Notes: generated by a model not told the origin, from the letters alone. 64,000 nt of DNA from Candidatus Doudnabacteria bacterium (GCA_037200925.1 JBBCGO010000001.1:888235-952234); one strand, 5' to 3'. Numbered from the stretch's first letter, positions 37,055-46,464 are shown. A program made the numbers and translations.

Positions 37055-37609
37055 ATGAAGCCTAAGACCAAACCTTTGCATGAGTTTGAAATAGCGCAGT
37101 ATGCCGTGTATATGGCGCTACAACAAATGCAGAAAGAGATAGAAACCGGAGTTGAAGGATTCATTTCAAAATATCTTCGGATCTGCGGCGCCTTGGCGGT
37201 TGCGATCATTCTCGCGTTTTGGATGGGCGGTGCGATCCATCCGATCCGGTGGGGGTTGGTCGGTCTGAAATGGACAGCGATCGCGTACTGCACGCTGATC
37301 CTGCTTTGGACCTGCAGGGTTAAATTCTTCATCAACCGGGACCGCCGGCGGGGGATAAGCGAAGTCAGGCGTTTAAAGGCACTGCTTCGGAGGTGCTTGT
37401 TCAAAGGCAAGTGCCTCAATCGCCGCACAAAACTGCATCTAGCCAGAAATTATTTTGTCTGGTACGGACTGGGAATGTTCGGGAATCCCGGCCTTGCCGT
37501 CTGGTTGTATGTGATCAAAGCCAGAGCTTTCGTTTGTTGCTACTTTTTTCTGTTCACCGGCCTGTTCCGGCTGCGGAAACTGGATCAGCAAAATGCAGCC
37601 AATCTGTAA
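37055..37609 (+). CDS. Hypothetical membrane protein (ORFan)
   Basis: AGGAGG SD, several TM segments, basic loops. Confidence 0.6.
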   Translation: MKPKTKPLHEFEIAQYAVYMALQQMQKEIETGVEGFISKYLRICGALAVAIILAFWMGGAIHPIRWGLVGLKWTAIAYCTLILLWTCRVKFFINRDRRRGISEVRRLKALLRRCLFKGKCLNRRTKLHLARNYFVWYGLGMFGNPGLAVWLYVIKARAFVCCYFFLFTGLFRLRKLDQQNAANL

Positions 37610-37638
37610 GATTGGCTTTTCTTTTTGCTCAGTACCTA

Positions 37639-37660
37639 AGTCATGAGCATGCTCATGACT
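37639..37660. repeat. Perfect 22-bp palindrome
   Basis: AGTCATGAGCATGCTCATGACT, related to 17470-17499. Confidence 0.6.
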
Positions 37661-37742
37661 AAAACACGGTCAGCTTAGTTCAGTCAGGTTTTTTACAAAA
37701 AAAAGAACGGTTGCATATGTACAACCGCTCGAAAAAGAAGCG

Positions 37743-38417
37743 TCAGAGACTGGGAACTGCGATGATCTTTCCATCAACCTCGATCAGATCCTGCAGTCCA
37801 TCCCAGCCGTAGAAGTACTCGGATTCGATGCCGCGCCGGCCAATATAGATGACCTTGAGAAACGGGTCGGCGCCCAGCCTATGGACCTCAAATTCGGCTT
37901 GGGGAAGTTTGTGGCAGATCCATTTCATCAGCATCAGCCCCGGATGAGGGATATCCCGGTTGCGATGAACCGGGCTGATGGTCCACTCATAATTAACCGT
38001 GCGTGCCGCCGCCGTGTCCAGACCGCTTTCCGCGTAGGAGAACGCGACTAAAGCTGCGACCGAGAGGATGAATCCCGCAGCCGGATAGAACGTGAGCGAT
38101 GTCCATCCTAGGCTCGCGAAGTTCGTTGTGAGGTGATCAGCAACCAGGGCCAGAATGCCGATCACGATCCCGAGAGCTGAGCCCAAAGCAGTCCACATGA
38201 TCGCACAGCAGAGCTTATGGATGCCGGCCAGCAGGCGTGGTTGTGCCACGGCCATGCGTTCAGACCAGCAGGCGGCGGCCAGCGCCTCTTGCCGTACTTG
38301 GGCTTTGTACGCTGACACGGCGTCAGGTGAGAACACGGTGATCTGCAGATCTTCCAGGACGTTGGCCAGGGTCGGAGTCACAAGAACAGGTCGCGCCGCA
38401 AACACAGCAGTTCCCAT
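37743..38417 (-). CDS. Hypothetical membrane protein (ORFan)
   Basis: AAGGAGG SD, two TM segments, C-terminal DPFL.V motif. Confidence 0.65.
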   Translation of the reverse strand: MGTAVFAARPVLVTPTLANVLEDLQITVFSPDAVSAYKAQVRQEALAAACWSERMAVAQPRLLAGIHKLCCAIMWTALGSALGIVIGILALVADHLTTNFASLGWTSLTFYPAAGFILSVAALVAFSYAESGLDTAAARTVNYEWTISPVHRNRDIPHPGLMLMKWICHKLPQAEFEVHRLGADPFLKVIYIGRRGIESEYFYGWDGLQDLIEVDGKIIAVPSL

Positions 38418-38630
38418 ACCGCCTCCTTGAGAAAAGTTAAGATTATTTTATCATAAGCTGGTTTTGGTTTCCATTTCGTCTTGCCTTGATCTTGGTTTTA
38501 TGATAGAATCTTTGGGTTATTAATCATACATGTTCTCCTGATGTATTTGGGGCCTGTTTTAAGGTTCAAGACAATGAATCCTTAAGATCCCAAAGCAAAT
38601 GACGGGAACAGAAGTATAAAGGACATAATT

Positions 38631-39362
38631 ATGAAACCCATCACTCTGATGGATATGTTGAAAGCCGGAGTCCATTTCGGCCACAAAACTTCTTTGTGGA
38701 ATCCGAAAATGGCGCCTTTTATTTACACTCAGCGCAACAACATCCACGTCCTGGATCTGGAGAAGACCAAAACCAAGCTTGCCGAGGCTTTGAATTTTGC
38801 CAAAGATACGGCAAGCCGGGGCGGCATAATTTTGTTTGTCGGCACCAAGCGGCAAGCCAAAGAAGAAGTGCGCAAAGCGGCCGAAGTCTGCAATATGCCG
38901 TACGTGGTGACCCGCTGGCTGGGAGGCACATTTACGAATTTCCGCACTATCCAGCGCACGATCAAGAAAATGGAGCGCTACGAAAAAATGATCGCAGACG
39001 GCGAGATAAAGAAGTACACCAAAAAAGAGCAGTTGATGATCGCCCGCGAAGTTACGAAGATGAAAACATTTTTTTCCGGCATCAAAGACATGAAGAAACT
39101 GCCGGAGGCGATATTCGTGCTTGATTCCAAATACGATCACATTCCGGTGGAAGAAGCCCGCCAGTCAAAGGTCAAGATCATCGGCCTGGTGGATACGAAT
39201 GCCGACCCGACCAACATTGATTACATGATCCCGTCAAACGACGATGCAATTAAGGTTATTACATTCATGGCACAGGCTATGGCTGATGCGATCAATGAGG
39301 GACGGGCGACTATGGCCCAAGCCATCATGACGCAAACCGAAGGCGCGGCCGTTGCGAAGTAA
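38631..39362 (+). CDS. rpsB: 30S ribosomal protein S2
   Basis: MLKAGVHFGH....WNPKM, FVGTKRQA, RWLGGTFTNF and DTNADP motifs. Confidence 0.97.
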   Translation: MKPITLMDMLKAGVHFGHKTSLWNPKMAPFIYTQRNNIHVLDLEKTKTKLAEALNFAKDTASRGGIILFVGTKRQAKEEVRKAAEVCNMPYVVTRWLGGTFTNFRTIQRTIKKMERYEKMIADGEIKKYTKKEQLMIAREVTKMKTFFSGIKDMKKLPEAIFVLDSKYDHIPVEEARQSKVKIIGLVDTNADPTNIDYMIPSNDDAIKVITFMAQAMADAINEGRATMAQAIMTQTEGAAVAK

Positions 39363-39384
39363 TAAATAATAAAGTAAAAATCAT

Positions 39385-39972
39385 ATGAAAATTACACCAG
39401 ATGATATAAAAAAATTAAGAGATGATACCGGCGCCGGTATGCTGGACGCCAAAAAAGCTTTGGAAGCATCAGAGACTTTTCATGATGCAATAGTTTTTTT
39501 GCGCAAGAAAGGCCATGCCACGCTGGCAAAAAAATCCGACAGAGTCGCCAAAGAAGGCCTGATCACTTCCTACATCCACGCCGGCGGCAAAGTAGGCGTT
39601 TTGCTGGAGCTCAATTGCGAAACGGATTTTGTGGCGCGTAATGAGGAATTTAGGGAGTTGGCCAATGAAATATCTCTCCATATCGCGGCTGCGTCGCCGC
39701 TGTACGTTTCGCGCGAACAAATTCCGGCCAATGCCATAGATAATGAGAAACAGGTATATCTGGAGCAGGTAAAAGACAAACCTGAGAAGATGAAAGAACA
39801 GATCGTGGCCGGCAAGCTTGAAAAATACTATGAACAGGCGGCTCTCTTAGACCAGTCGTATGTTCGGGAGCCTGAGAAAAAGATCAAAGACCTGATCGCG
39901 GAAAAAGTCGGCAAGCTTGGTGAAAATATCCAGGTCCGCAGATTCGCCAGGTTTGTCCTGGGGGCGGAATAA
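39385..39972 (+). CDS. tsf: Elongation factor Ts (short form)
   Basis: IKKLR..TGAGMLD.KKAL, ELNCETDFVA and LGENIQVRRF motifs. Confidence 0.95.
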   Translation: MKITPDDIKKLRDDTGAGMLDAKKALEASETFHDAIVFLRKKGHATLAKKSDRVAKEGLITSYIHAGGKVGVLLELNCETDFVARNEEFRELANEISLHIAAASPLYVSREQIPANAIDNEKQVYLEQVKDKPEKMKEQIVAGKLEKYYEQAALLDQSYVREPEKKIKDLIAEKVGKLGENIQVRRFARFVLGAE

Positions 39973-39974
39973 TC

Positions 39975-40856
39975 ATGATCTTATTTATCGCAATTTTATT
40001 CGTCGCTTCAGTTCTCGTGATCGTGAGCATGTTTTTGGTAAAGCTCGCGCAACTGAACCAGCGCCCGGTGGTGAGGGTCAAACTTGCAGGCGTGCCGCCG
40101 AATTATTATGAGACTTTATGGCCTTATTTCAGACAGAAGCTGGTATTTATCGCAAACAAACTCTGGCGGTTCATTCTAGAGGCAAAAGACCTGACTCCTG
40201 CCGCCACTAAAACCCTGCAAACTTCGGTTGCGAAAGCCAAAAATGTTTTCCGCATCCGCATCCGTTCTTCGGCCTCAGAACCGCAATGGCTTCCGGAAGC
40301 GGCGGAGTTGAGCATTAAGCCGACCGTATCTCAGAATCCGGAAGATCTTTATCTGGAAGCGATCAAAAAAAATCCGAACGACAAGCAGGCTTATGAAGCT
40401 TTGGGCCGCCTGTATCTGCAGAACAAGAATTATTCTGATGCATCGCAGACCTACGAGTATCTGACCAAGCTCGATGCCGGCCGCGATATCTATTTTTCGA
40501 ATTTGGGATTGGCATATTACTCTCTCGGCGAATATCAGAAAGCCGCGGCATCTTATGAGAAGGCGCTGAATATCAACAATAAAGTCGCGACCCGCTGGAT
40601 CAACCTGGCGCTTTGCTTTGAAGCTCTGGATGAGTTCACGAAAGCGGTGAAAGCCATCACGCAGGCTTTGGTACTGGACAAGCTGAACGTGAATTACCTG
40701 ATGCTTCTGGCGGATACCTACATCATGCTTGATAACAGTATCCGGGCAGAAGAAGTTTTAGAGCAGATCATGTCCATGGATCCCATGAACAAGCCGGCTC
40801 GCGAGAAGCTGATGAAACTAAAAGTAAAATATAAAGGGGTCGGGATAAAGTATTAG
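39975..40856 (+). CDS. Membrane-anchored TPR-repeat protein
   Basis: N-terminal TM segment and TPR repeats (AYEALG.LY, YFSNLGLAYY.LGEYQKA...YEKAL). Confidence 0.85.
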   Translation: MILFIAILFVASVLVIVSMFLVKLAQLNQRPVVRVKLAGVPPNYYETLWPYFRQKLVFIANKLWRFILEAKDLTPAATKTLQTSVAKAKNVFRIRIRSSASEPQWLPEAAELSIKPTVSQNPEDLYLEAIKKNPNDKQAYEALGRLYLQNKNYSDASQTYEYLTKLDAGRDIYFSNLGLAYYSLGEYQKAAASYEKALNINNKVATRWINLALCFEALDEFTKAVKAITQALVLDKLNVNYLMLLADTYIMLDNSIRAEEVLEQIMSMDPMNKPAREKLMKLKVKYKGVGIKY

Positions 40857-40895
40857 GGTTGGAAAAAGTTCGTAAATTTGCTAAAATGTTCTATT

Positions 40896-40969
40896 GCCCC
40901 CTTAGTTCAGTGGCAGAACAACAGTTTTGTAAACTGTAGGCGGTAGTTCGATTCTACCCGGGGGCTCCA
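40896..40969 (+). tRNA. tRNA-Thr (anticodon TGT)
   Basis: Anticodon arm ACAGT-TTTGTAA-ACTGT, T-arm GGTAG-TTCGATT-CTACC, CCA end. One acceptor-stem mismatch (U7/C66). Confidence 0.9.
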
Positions 40970-40992
40970 GAAAAATCTGTTGCGAATAACAC

Positions 40993-41107
40993 TTCACAAA
41001 ACATGAGGCGCAGCGTAGCGAGCACATGTTTTGTGAAAAAAGGAGCAGTATGCCGACCGCAGCACAATCGCTTATGCGATTTGCGAAGGTTCGGCCAACT
41101 GCGACGC
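40993..41107 (+). repeat. Structured repeat element, divergent copy D (abuts tRNA-Tyr +1)
   Basis: Same two-domain architecture as 52092/52778/63143, with compensatory changes. Ends GCGACGC. Confidence 0.7.
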
Positions 41108-41194
41108 GGGCAGGTAGCGAAGTGGTCAAACGCGGCTGACTGTAAATCAGCTGGCCTTGCGCCTTCATAGGTTCGAATCCTATCCTGCCCACCA
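41108..41194 (+). tRNA. tRNA-Tyr (anticodon GTA)
   Basis: GGGCAGG...CCTGCCC-A-CCA, anticodon arm GCTGA-CTGTAAA-TCAGC, long variable arm. Confidence 0.95.
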
Positions 41195-41233
41195 AGAAAA
41201 ATTCCTGACCTTGTGTCGGGAATTTTTCTTTTT
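41195..41233 (+). terminator. Intrinsic terminator
   Basis: AGAAAAATTCCTGAC-CTTGT-GTCGGGAATTTTTCT followed by a T-run. Confidence 0.7.
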
Positions 41234-41265
41234 GTTGCATGAAGGGATTCGAACGGGTTGAAATA

Positions 41266-42672
41266 TTAGAAACTGATTTGAAAAGTCGGATTATCCATGC
41301 TTGTCCAATCATTTCCTGTGCTGCCGCCCAGGTCTTGATTTTTTAAACCTACTGAATACAATATTTTTTTTGTTGCCGAATATCGGATAGGCTGATGGTC
41401 GAATGGATCCTGCGGAACTGCAGTAAGATATTGAGGGACAAGCTCTGCGAGCGTATTTGGAAGCTGGCCTTTGTCCATTTCATATTCCTTGATAGCCAGT
41501 TCAATTTGGGCGACGTTGGCAATTAGATCATTCTGGCATTCTTTTGTTACCACACTTCCTAACGAAACAGCGAATGTGGAAAACAAATTTTTGCCGATAG
41601 CATTTTCAGCAAACGGCAAGTTTCGGCTCGAAATATCGACTGCAAACTGACTCAGAGTAGTGTTCAGTTGTTGGTTTGATTCAGCTAAATCGCATTTCAC
41701 TCCGATTGCTGCAACCTGGGAATTATATAAATTTGTAAATAAATTTTTTGTTTGATTAGGTTTGTAGTAGTAACCATATTTGGCGTATTTAGCATAAGCA
41801 AAAGAACTGACGTCTCCATCTTTTACCGTCTGAGTAATTTGGTTGGAAATATTCGTATAATCAAACCGGAAACCATCCTTATAACCCTCTAAATTATTAC
41901 TGCTGTCCTGAAGGGTTGTTCTGACCGTTTCTAAAGTTTGCTTACCCGGATTATTAAAAGGCAGAATCCGCAGGATCGTTTGGGAGCCTAGTTGTCTTAT
42001 TGCCAGGCCGACCAGAACTCCGATGAGGCCATTGTGGCCATTGATAATATTGTATCCGACTTTATTTAGTTTCGCGGCTTCCAGCAGAGCTTCATCAGGT
42101 TTTCCCTGAGCTGACAGTGATAAGGCTTTAATGGCTTGAAGTCTTGCTGCGCTTCGCCAGGTATTCGTCGGAGGCTCGGCAGTATTGGGATTAATGTTAA
42201 TAGGATTCGCATAATCCGGGACCTGAACGTGACCTTTACCGGCGGCGGCATCAAACAAGCTCAAGGCTTGCTGGTTTTGACTCAGCACCTGATCTACCAA
42301 GTGCTGATCCCATTGCACGGGTTTGGTGAAGTCGGTATATTCAAGGTCAAAGGCGATTTTTTGGTCATTGCTCGGCACGTTGATCATCGTCGGCGTTATT
42401 TTATTTAGATCATAAAAACCGTTGTCAGCATCCGGCACTGAAACTTTTTGCAGTGTCAATTGAGAATCGTCAATCAATGTTGCATCACCGGGATGCAATA
42501 CAGTTAAAATGAACGGCAAGAAATAAATCCCTGCGCCGATCACTATTATCAGAATAACCAAAATCATTAGGATTTTTTTCCATAGTTTCATTTTGTGCTT
42601 CGGCGGAGGCTGAAGGGGAACAGAGGCAACTGTCGGGGATTCGGCTAATTGGTTTTGATTGTCATTTTCCAT
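41266..42672 (-). CDS. Membrane-anchored hypothetical protein with a C-terminal GspG-like pseudopilin motif
   Basis: N-terminal TM segment and C-terminal LAIKEY..DKG.LP.TL.ELVP.YL..VP.DPF...P..Y......YSVG. Confidence 0.7.
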   Translation of the reverse strand: MENDNQNQLAESPTVASVPLQPPPKHKMKLWKKILMILVILIIVIGAGIYFLPFILTVLHPGDATLIDDSQLTLQKVSVPDADNGFYDLNKITPTMINVPSNDQKIAFDLEYTDFTKPVQWDQHLVDQVLSQNQQALSLFDAAAGKGHVQVPDYANPININPNTAEPPTNTWRSAARLQAIKALSLSAQGKPDEALLEAAKLNKVGYNIINGHNGLIGVLVGLAIRQLGSQTILRILPFNNPGKQTLETVRTTLQDSSNNLEGYKDGFRFDYTNISNQITQTVKDGDVSSFAYAKYAKYGYYYKPNQTKNLFTNLYNSQVAAIGVKCDLAESNQQLNTTLSQFAVDISSRNLPFAENAIGKNLFSTFAVSLGSVVTKECQNDLIANVAQIELAIKEYEMDKGQLPNTLAELVPQYLTAVPQDPFDHQPIRYSATKKILYSVGLKNQDLGGSTGNDWTSMDNPTFQISF

Positions 42673-42818
42673 ATTTTTGTTTCGTTTACATCAATTATGA
42701 TTATTTGCTTAATTATAGCTCTTGATTGGTCATTAAACAAGTAATTGCGTGCATTTTTCCGTTTTTTGACGAATGTGCTATAATGTTGGCAATCATTATA
42801 ACCACTAGAGATAAAAAT

Positions 42819-43259
42819 ATGAGCGAAAAAAAGACCAAGATCTTAATTGTTGAGGACGAGGAAATTCTGCTGACTGCGCTTTCTGAGGAATTGACTCAGG
42901 AGGGATTTGCGGTTGCGGGAGCCAAAGACGGGGTGGAAGGTGTGGAAAAGGCCGTATCCGAAAAGCCTGATTTGATCCTTTTGGATCTGGTCATGCCGCG
43001 TCTGGACGGGATCGGAGCATTAAAAAAAATGAAAGAGAACCCGGTAATCAAGGAAATTCCTGTGGTGATCCTGACCAATTTGTCGGATTACGACAAGGTT
43101 TCAGATGCCCTGTCTTTAGGCGCCATGGATTATTTGGTAAAGGCCAATTACCGTTTGGATGAATTGGTGAACAAAATTAAAACAGTGCTTGAGCGAAAGC
43201 AATCCGGTGTGCTTACAGCGCCGGTTCAGCCGCCCCCGGCTCCGCCGCCAACCGCCTAA
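42819..43259 (+). CDS. Single-domain response regulator (receiver)
   Basis: ILIVEDE, PDLILLDLVMP..DG, VVILTN and GA.DYLVK motifs. Confidence 0.92.
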   Translation: MSEKKTKILIVEDEEILLTALSEELTQEGFAVAGAKDGVEGVEKAVSEKPDLILLDLVMPRLDGIGALKKMKENPVIKEIPVVILTNLSDYDKVSDALSLGAMDYLVKANYRLDELVNKIKTVLERKQSGVLTAPVQPPPAPPPTA

Positions 43260-43467
43260 GTTTTTGCGAAGCCTGTTTTATTCCGTTTGGTTCAGTTTTT
43301 TAAGTTAGGTTTTTCAAACTTGGCGGCAAAAGCCGGAATACTTAAAAACAATGGCGAATGCGCATCTCTGAATCAATTCAATTTTTTTCTTGTCGACAAT
43401 CTATAGTGTGATTGTCTTTGTTTTTATCAGGGAAATTAAAGCTTGACGAAATGATAGCCACAAAATA

Positions 43468-44196
43468 ATGCCAGAATCAAAAAAACCCCGAAAAAAACAT
43501 CACAAGGATATCCAGTCAGATTTTATTAATCTGACCTCGCACCAGCTGCGCACTCCGCTTTCCGGAAGCAAGTGGCTTTTGGAGCTTTTGCAGAAACCGG
43601 GCACCGGGAGCCTGAATAAAAAGCAGAGGGATTTTTTGGAAAAGATCAATATCGAAAATGAACGCATGATCGCTTTGGTCAATGACCTGCTGGAAGTCAC
43701 TCGCATTGAGGCCGGACAAACCAAGCTTTACCTGCAGCCCACGGACTTGACCACGGTCATCCGAGGATTGATCAAAGAAAAAGGAAAAGAAGTCAAGAAA
43801 AAAAGGCTGCAGATCGTTTTTACCATGCAGCAAAAGCCTTTCCCTCTAGTGCGCACCGAAATGAATAAGATCAGGCATGCCATGTCGAATCTGCTTTCCA
43901 ATGCCATTGCATATACGCATGAAGGCGGAAAGATCACAATCGACCTGCAGGTACAAGACGGCATGTTGCTGGGAACGATAAGCGATACCGGAGTTGGTAT
44001 TCCCAAAGATATGCAGGACGAAATATTTACCAAGTTTTTTCGTGGCGCGAACGTCACCAGCCTGGAAACAACCGGTACGGGTTTGGGGTTGTATATTTCC
44101 CGGGCTTTTATTGAAGCCTCCGGAGGCAAACTCTGGTTTAAATCAAATGAGGGCCAGGGCACCACGTTTTATTTCACGTTGCCGATAGTAAGATAG
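43468..44196 (+). CDS. Histidine kinase (HisKA + HATPase, no sensor domain)
   Basis: SHQLRTPL H-box, NLLSNA N-box, DTGVGIP G1, F.KFFR F-box and GTGLGL G2. Confidence 0.92.
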   Translation: MPESKKPRKKHHKDIQSDFINLTSHQLRTPLSGSKWLLELLQKPGTGSLNKKQRDFLEKINIENERMIALVNDLLEVTRIEAGQTKLYLQPTDLTTVIRGLIKEKGKEVKKKRLQIVFTMQQKPFPLVRTEMNKIRHAMSNLLSNAIAYTHEGGKITIDLQVQDGMLLGTISDTGVGIPKDMQDEIFTKFFRGANVTSLETTGTGLGLYISRAFIEASGGKLWFKSNEGQGTTFYFTLPIVR

Positions 44197-44253
44197 GCCG
44201 GCTTGATTTATCTGCTGATTTTTGCTATAGTATGCAGGCAAGTTTTAAATTTT

Positions 44254-44329
44254 GCCCAGGTAGCTCAGCTGGTAGAGCAACTCCATGGTAAGGAGTAGGT
44301 CCGCGGTTCAATTCCGCGCCTGGGCTCCA
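44254..44329 (+). tRNA. tRNA-Thr (anticodon GGT)
   Basis: GCCCAGG...CCTGGGC-T-CCA, anticodon arm ACTCC-ATGGTAA-GGAGT. Confidence 0.93.
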
Positions 44330-44372
44330 GGAACGCCAATCGTTTCCAGAATTTTAGATTAGAAAGGAAATC

Positions 44373-44528
44373 ATGTCACAAGATAACCTGATCAGTATGG
44401 AATGCTCAATTTGCCACCGTGTAAATTATCATTCCAGAAAAAATAAAAAGCTCACTCCCAGCCGTTTGGCTTTGGAGAAATTTTGCCGGTGGTGCCATAA
44501 GCATACCGAGCATAAAGAGACAAAATAA
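44373..44528 (+). CDS. rpmG: 50S ribosomal protein L33 (not in the ORF track)
   Basis: MSQDNLISMECSICHRVNYHSRKNKKLTPSRLALEKFCRWCHKHTEHKETK. Lies between tRNA-Thr and tRNA-Trp. Confidence 0.93.
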   Translation: MSQDNLISMECSICHRVNYHSRKNKKLTPSRLALEKFCRWCHKHTEHKETK

Positions 44529-44544
44529 CAGGGCGATTTTTGTT

Positions 44545-44618
44545 GGGGGCATAGTGTAACGGTAGCACAACGCTCTCCAAAAGCGTTTGTTGAGGTTCAA
44601 ATCCTCATGCCCCTGCCA
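44545..44618 (+). tRNA. tRNA-Trp (anticodon CCA)
   Basis: Anticodon arm ACGCT-CTCCAAA-AGCGT, T-arm TGAGG-TTCAAAT-CCTCA, CCA end. Confidence 0.93.
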
Positions 44619-44700
44619 AAAGTCGCTCTGGCTGAAACAAACAATCGTTAGCAATCGTCTTATTAATTGGCGGCTTTTATGTCGCGATTGATACTTTAAT

Positions 44701-46464
44701 ATGCTTAAAACCCAGAATTTTCGAACTAAAGATACATTCCGTATTTTTTGGCGGCATGCCAGGGCATATCCCTGGCTGATTTTGGTATTGTCCGCATCAT
44801 TGCTCGGCGCCACAATTGCCGAAGTGTTCGGGCCTTTCTTCTACAAACAGCTTTTCGACCTTTTGTCGGCTTCGGGATCTCTGCCCGCGCTTTTGGCTGT
44901 TGTTCTGAAGATATTAGCGGCTGCCTCCCTTGCCTGGTTCTTTTGGAGGATCGCGACTTTCGCAAACAATATGTTCCAGCCGGCCGTGATGCGGGATTTG
45001 GTCAACACATGTTTCAACTATCTTCACGACCATTCTTTTAATTTTTTCACCAATAATTTTGCTGGTAGCCTGGTAAAAAAGATCGGCCGGTATGAAAGGG
45101 CATTCGAGGATATAACCGATCAGATCTACTGGAGCCTTGCGCCGACAACGCTGAAAATTTCCATCATTGTCGGTATTTTGTATTTTGTACGGCCGGTATT
45201 TGCTTTGGCGGTTCTCGTCTGGTCGGCAGTTTATATTATTTTCAGCATCTGGTTTGCTTTTTACAAGCTTAAGTATGATGTAGAAAATGCGGAACTGGAC
45301 ACGGAGGTCGGGGGCAGACTGGCGGATACGATAACCAACAACGTTAACGTTAAATTGTTCGGCGGATTTAATCGGGAATCGAAATCTTTTGAACAATTAA
45401 CCCAAAGACAATACAAAATCCGAAAATGGACTTGGGATCTGGGATCCATCAATGAGGCTGTTCAGGGAGCTTTGTTTGCGATCCTGGAATTCACGCTTCT
45501 GAGTTTGGCGGTGCGGCTTTGGAAGCACGGATTACTGACGCTCGGCGATTTTGCCCTGCTCCAAGGCTATATGGTCCAGATGTTCGGCAGGCTCTGGGAT
45601 CTGGGCCGGCAGATAAAGAACATTTATTCCCGCCTGGGTGATGCGGAAGAAATGACTGAGATCCTTCTGACCCCGCACGAAATCCAGGACAAGCCGAATG
45701 CCCGCAAGCTTAAAATTGCAGGCGGCAAGATCGATTTTAAGGATGTGACGTTCGGCTACCACAACAGGCGAAAAATCTTCCAGAATTTCAATCTTACGAT
45801 TACGCCCGGGGAACGCGTGGCCCTGATCGGGCCTTCAGGCGGAGGCAAGACCACCATCGTGAAATTGTTGTTCCGGTTCTTTGACATCCAATCCGGCCAA
45901 ATTATGATCGACGGACAGAATATTAGCCGCGTCACCCAAGCAAGCTTAAGATCCGCTATGTCATTAGTGCCGCAGGAGCCGATTCTTTTCCATCGTTCGC
46001 TGTTTGAAAACATAGCCTACGGCAACCCGAATGCCACCCGCGATGATGTGATCAAAGCTGCCAAATCTGCTCATTGCCACGAATTTATAGTTAAATTTCC
46101 GGAACAGTATGAAACTTTAGTGGGCGAACGCGGTATCAAACTTTCCGGAGGCGAGCGCCAGAGGGTGGCTATCGCGCGCGCGATCCTGAAAAATGCGCCG
46201 ATCTTGGTTTTGGATGAGGCCACAAGTTCCTTGGACTCGGAATCGGAATACTATATCCAGGACGCTCTGAAAAACTTGATGAAAGGCAAAACAACGATCG
46301 TGATCGCGCACAGGCTTTCCACCATCATGCAAATGGACAGGATCATTGTCATCGAGAAAGGACGTATAAAAGAAGAGGGGAGACACGAAGAATTGCTCAA
46401 AGTGAACCAAGGCACATATCAGAAGCTTTGGCATATCCAGGCCGGGGGGTTTGCCAAAGCCTAG
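44701..46464 (+). CDS. ABC transporter, fused permease/ATP-binding (MsbA/MdlB-like exporter)
   Basis: TM domain, GPSGGGKT, LSGGERQR, LVLDEATS and IAHRLSTI motifs. Confidence 0.93.
   Translation: MLKTQNFRTKDTFRIFWRHARAYPWLILVLSASLLGATIAEVFGPFFYKQLFDLLSASGSLPALLAVVLKILAAASLAWFFWRIATFANNMFQPAVMRDLVNTCFNYLHDHSFNFFTNNFAGSLVKKIGRYERAFEDITDQIYWSLAPTTLKISIIVGILYFVRPVFALAVLVWSAVYIIFSIWFAFYKLKYDVENAELDTEVGGRLADTITNNVNVKLFGGFNRESKSFEQLTQRQYKIRKWTWDLGSINEAVQGALFAILEFTLLSLAVRLWKHGLLTLGDFALLQGYMVQMFGRLWDLGRQIKNIYSRLGDAEEMTEILLTPHEIQDKPNARKLKIAGGKIDFKDVTFGYHNRRKIFQNFNLTITPGERVALIGPSGGGKTTIVKLLFRFFDIQSGQIMIDGQNISRVTQASLRSAMSLVPQEPILFHRSLFENIAYGNPNATRDDVIKAAKSAHCHEFIVKFPEQYETLVGERGIKLSGGERQRVAIARAILKNAPILVLDEATSSLDSESEYYIQDALKNLMKGKTTIVIAHRLSTIMQMDRIIVIEKGRIKEEGRHEELLKVNQGTYQKLWHIQAGGFAKA

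Noticed and set aside
40902-41312. 136-aa minus-strand ORF; likewise 44406-44813 and the 63221 start of the last ORF
   Set aside because: They overlap tRNA genes or rpmG and are spurious translations.
43260-43467. Possible small gene between the response regulator and the kinase
   Set aside because: No open frame with a credible start could be read on either strand.
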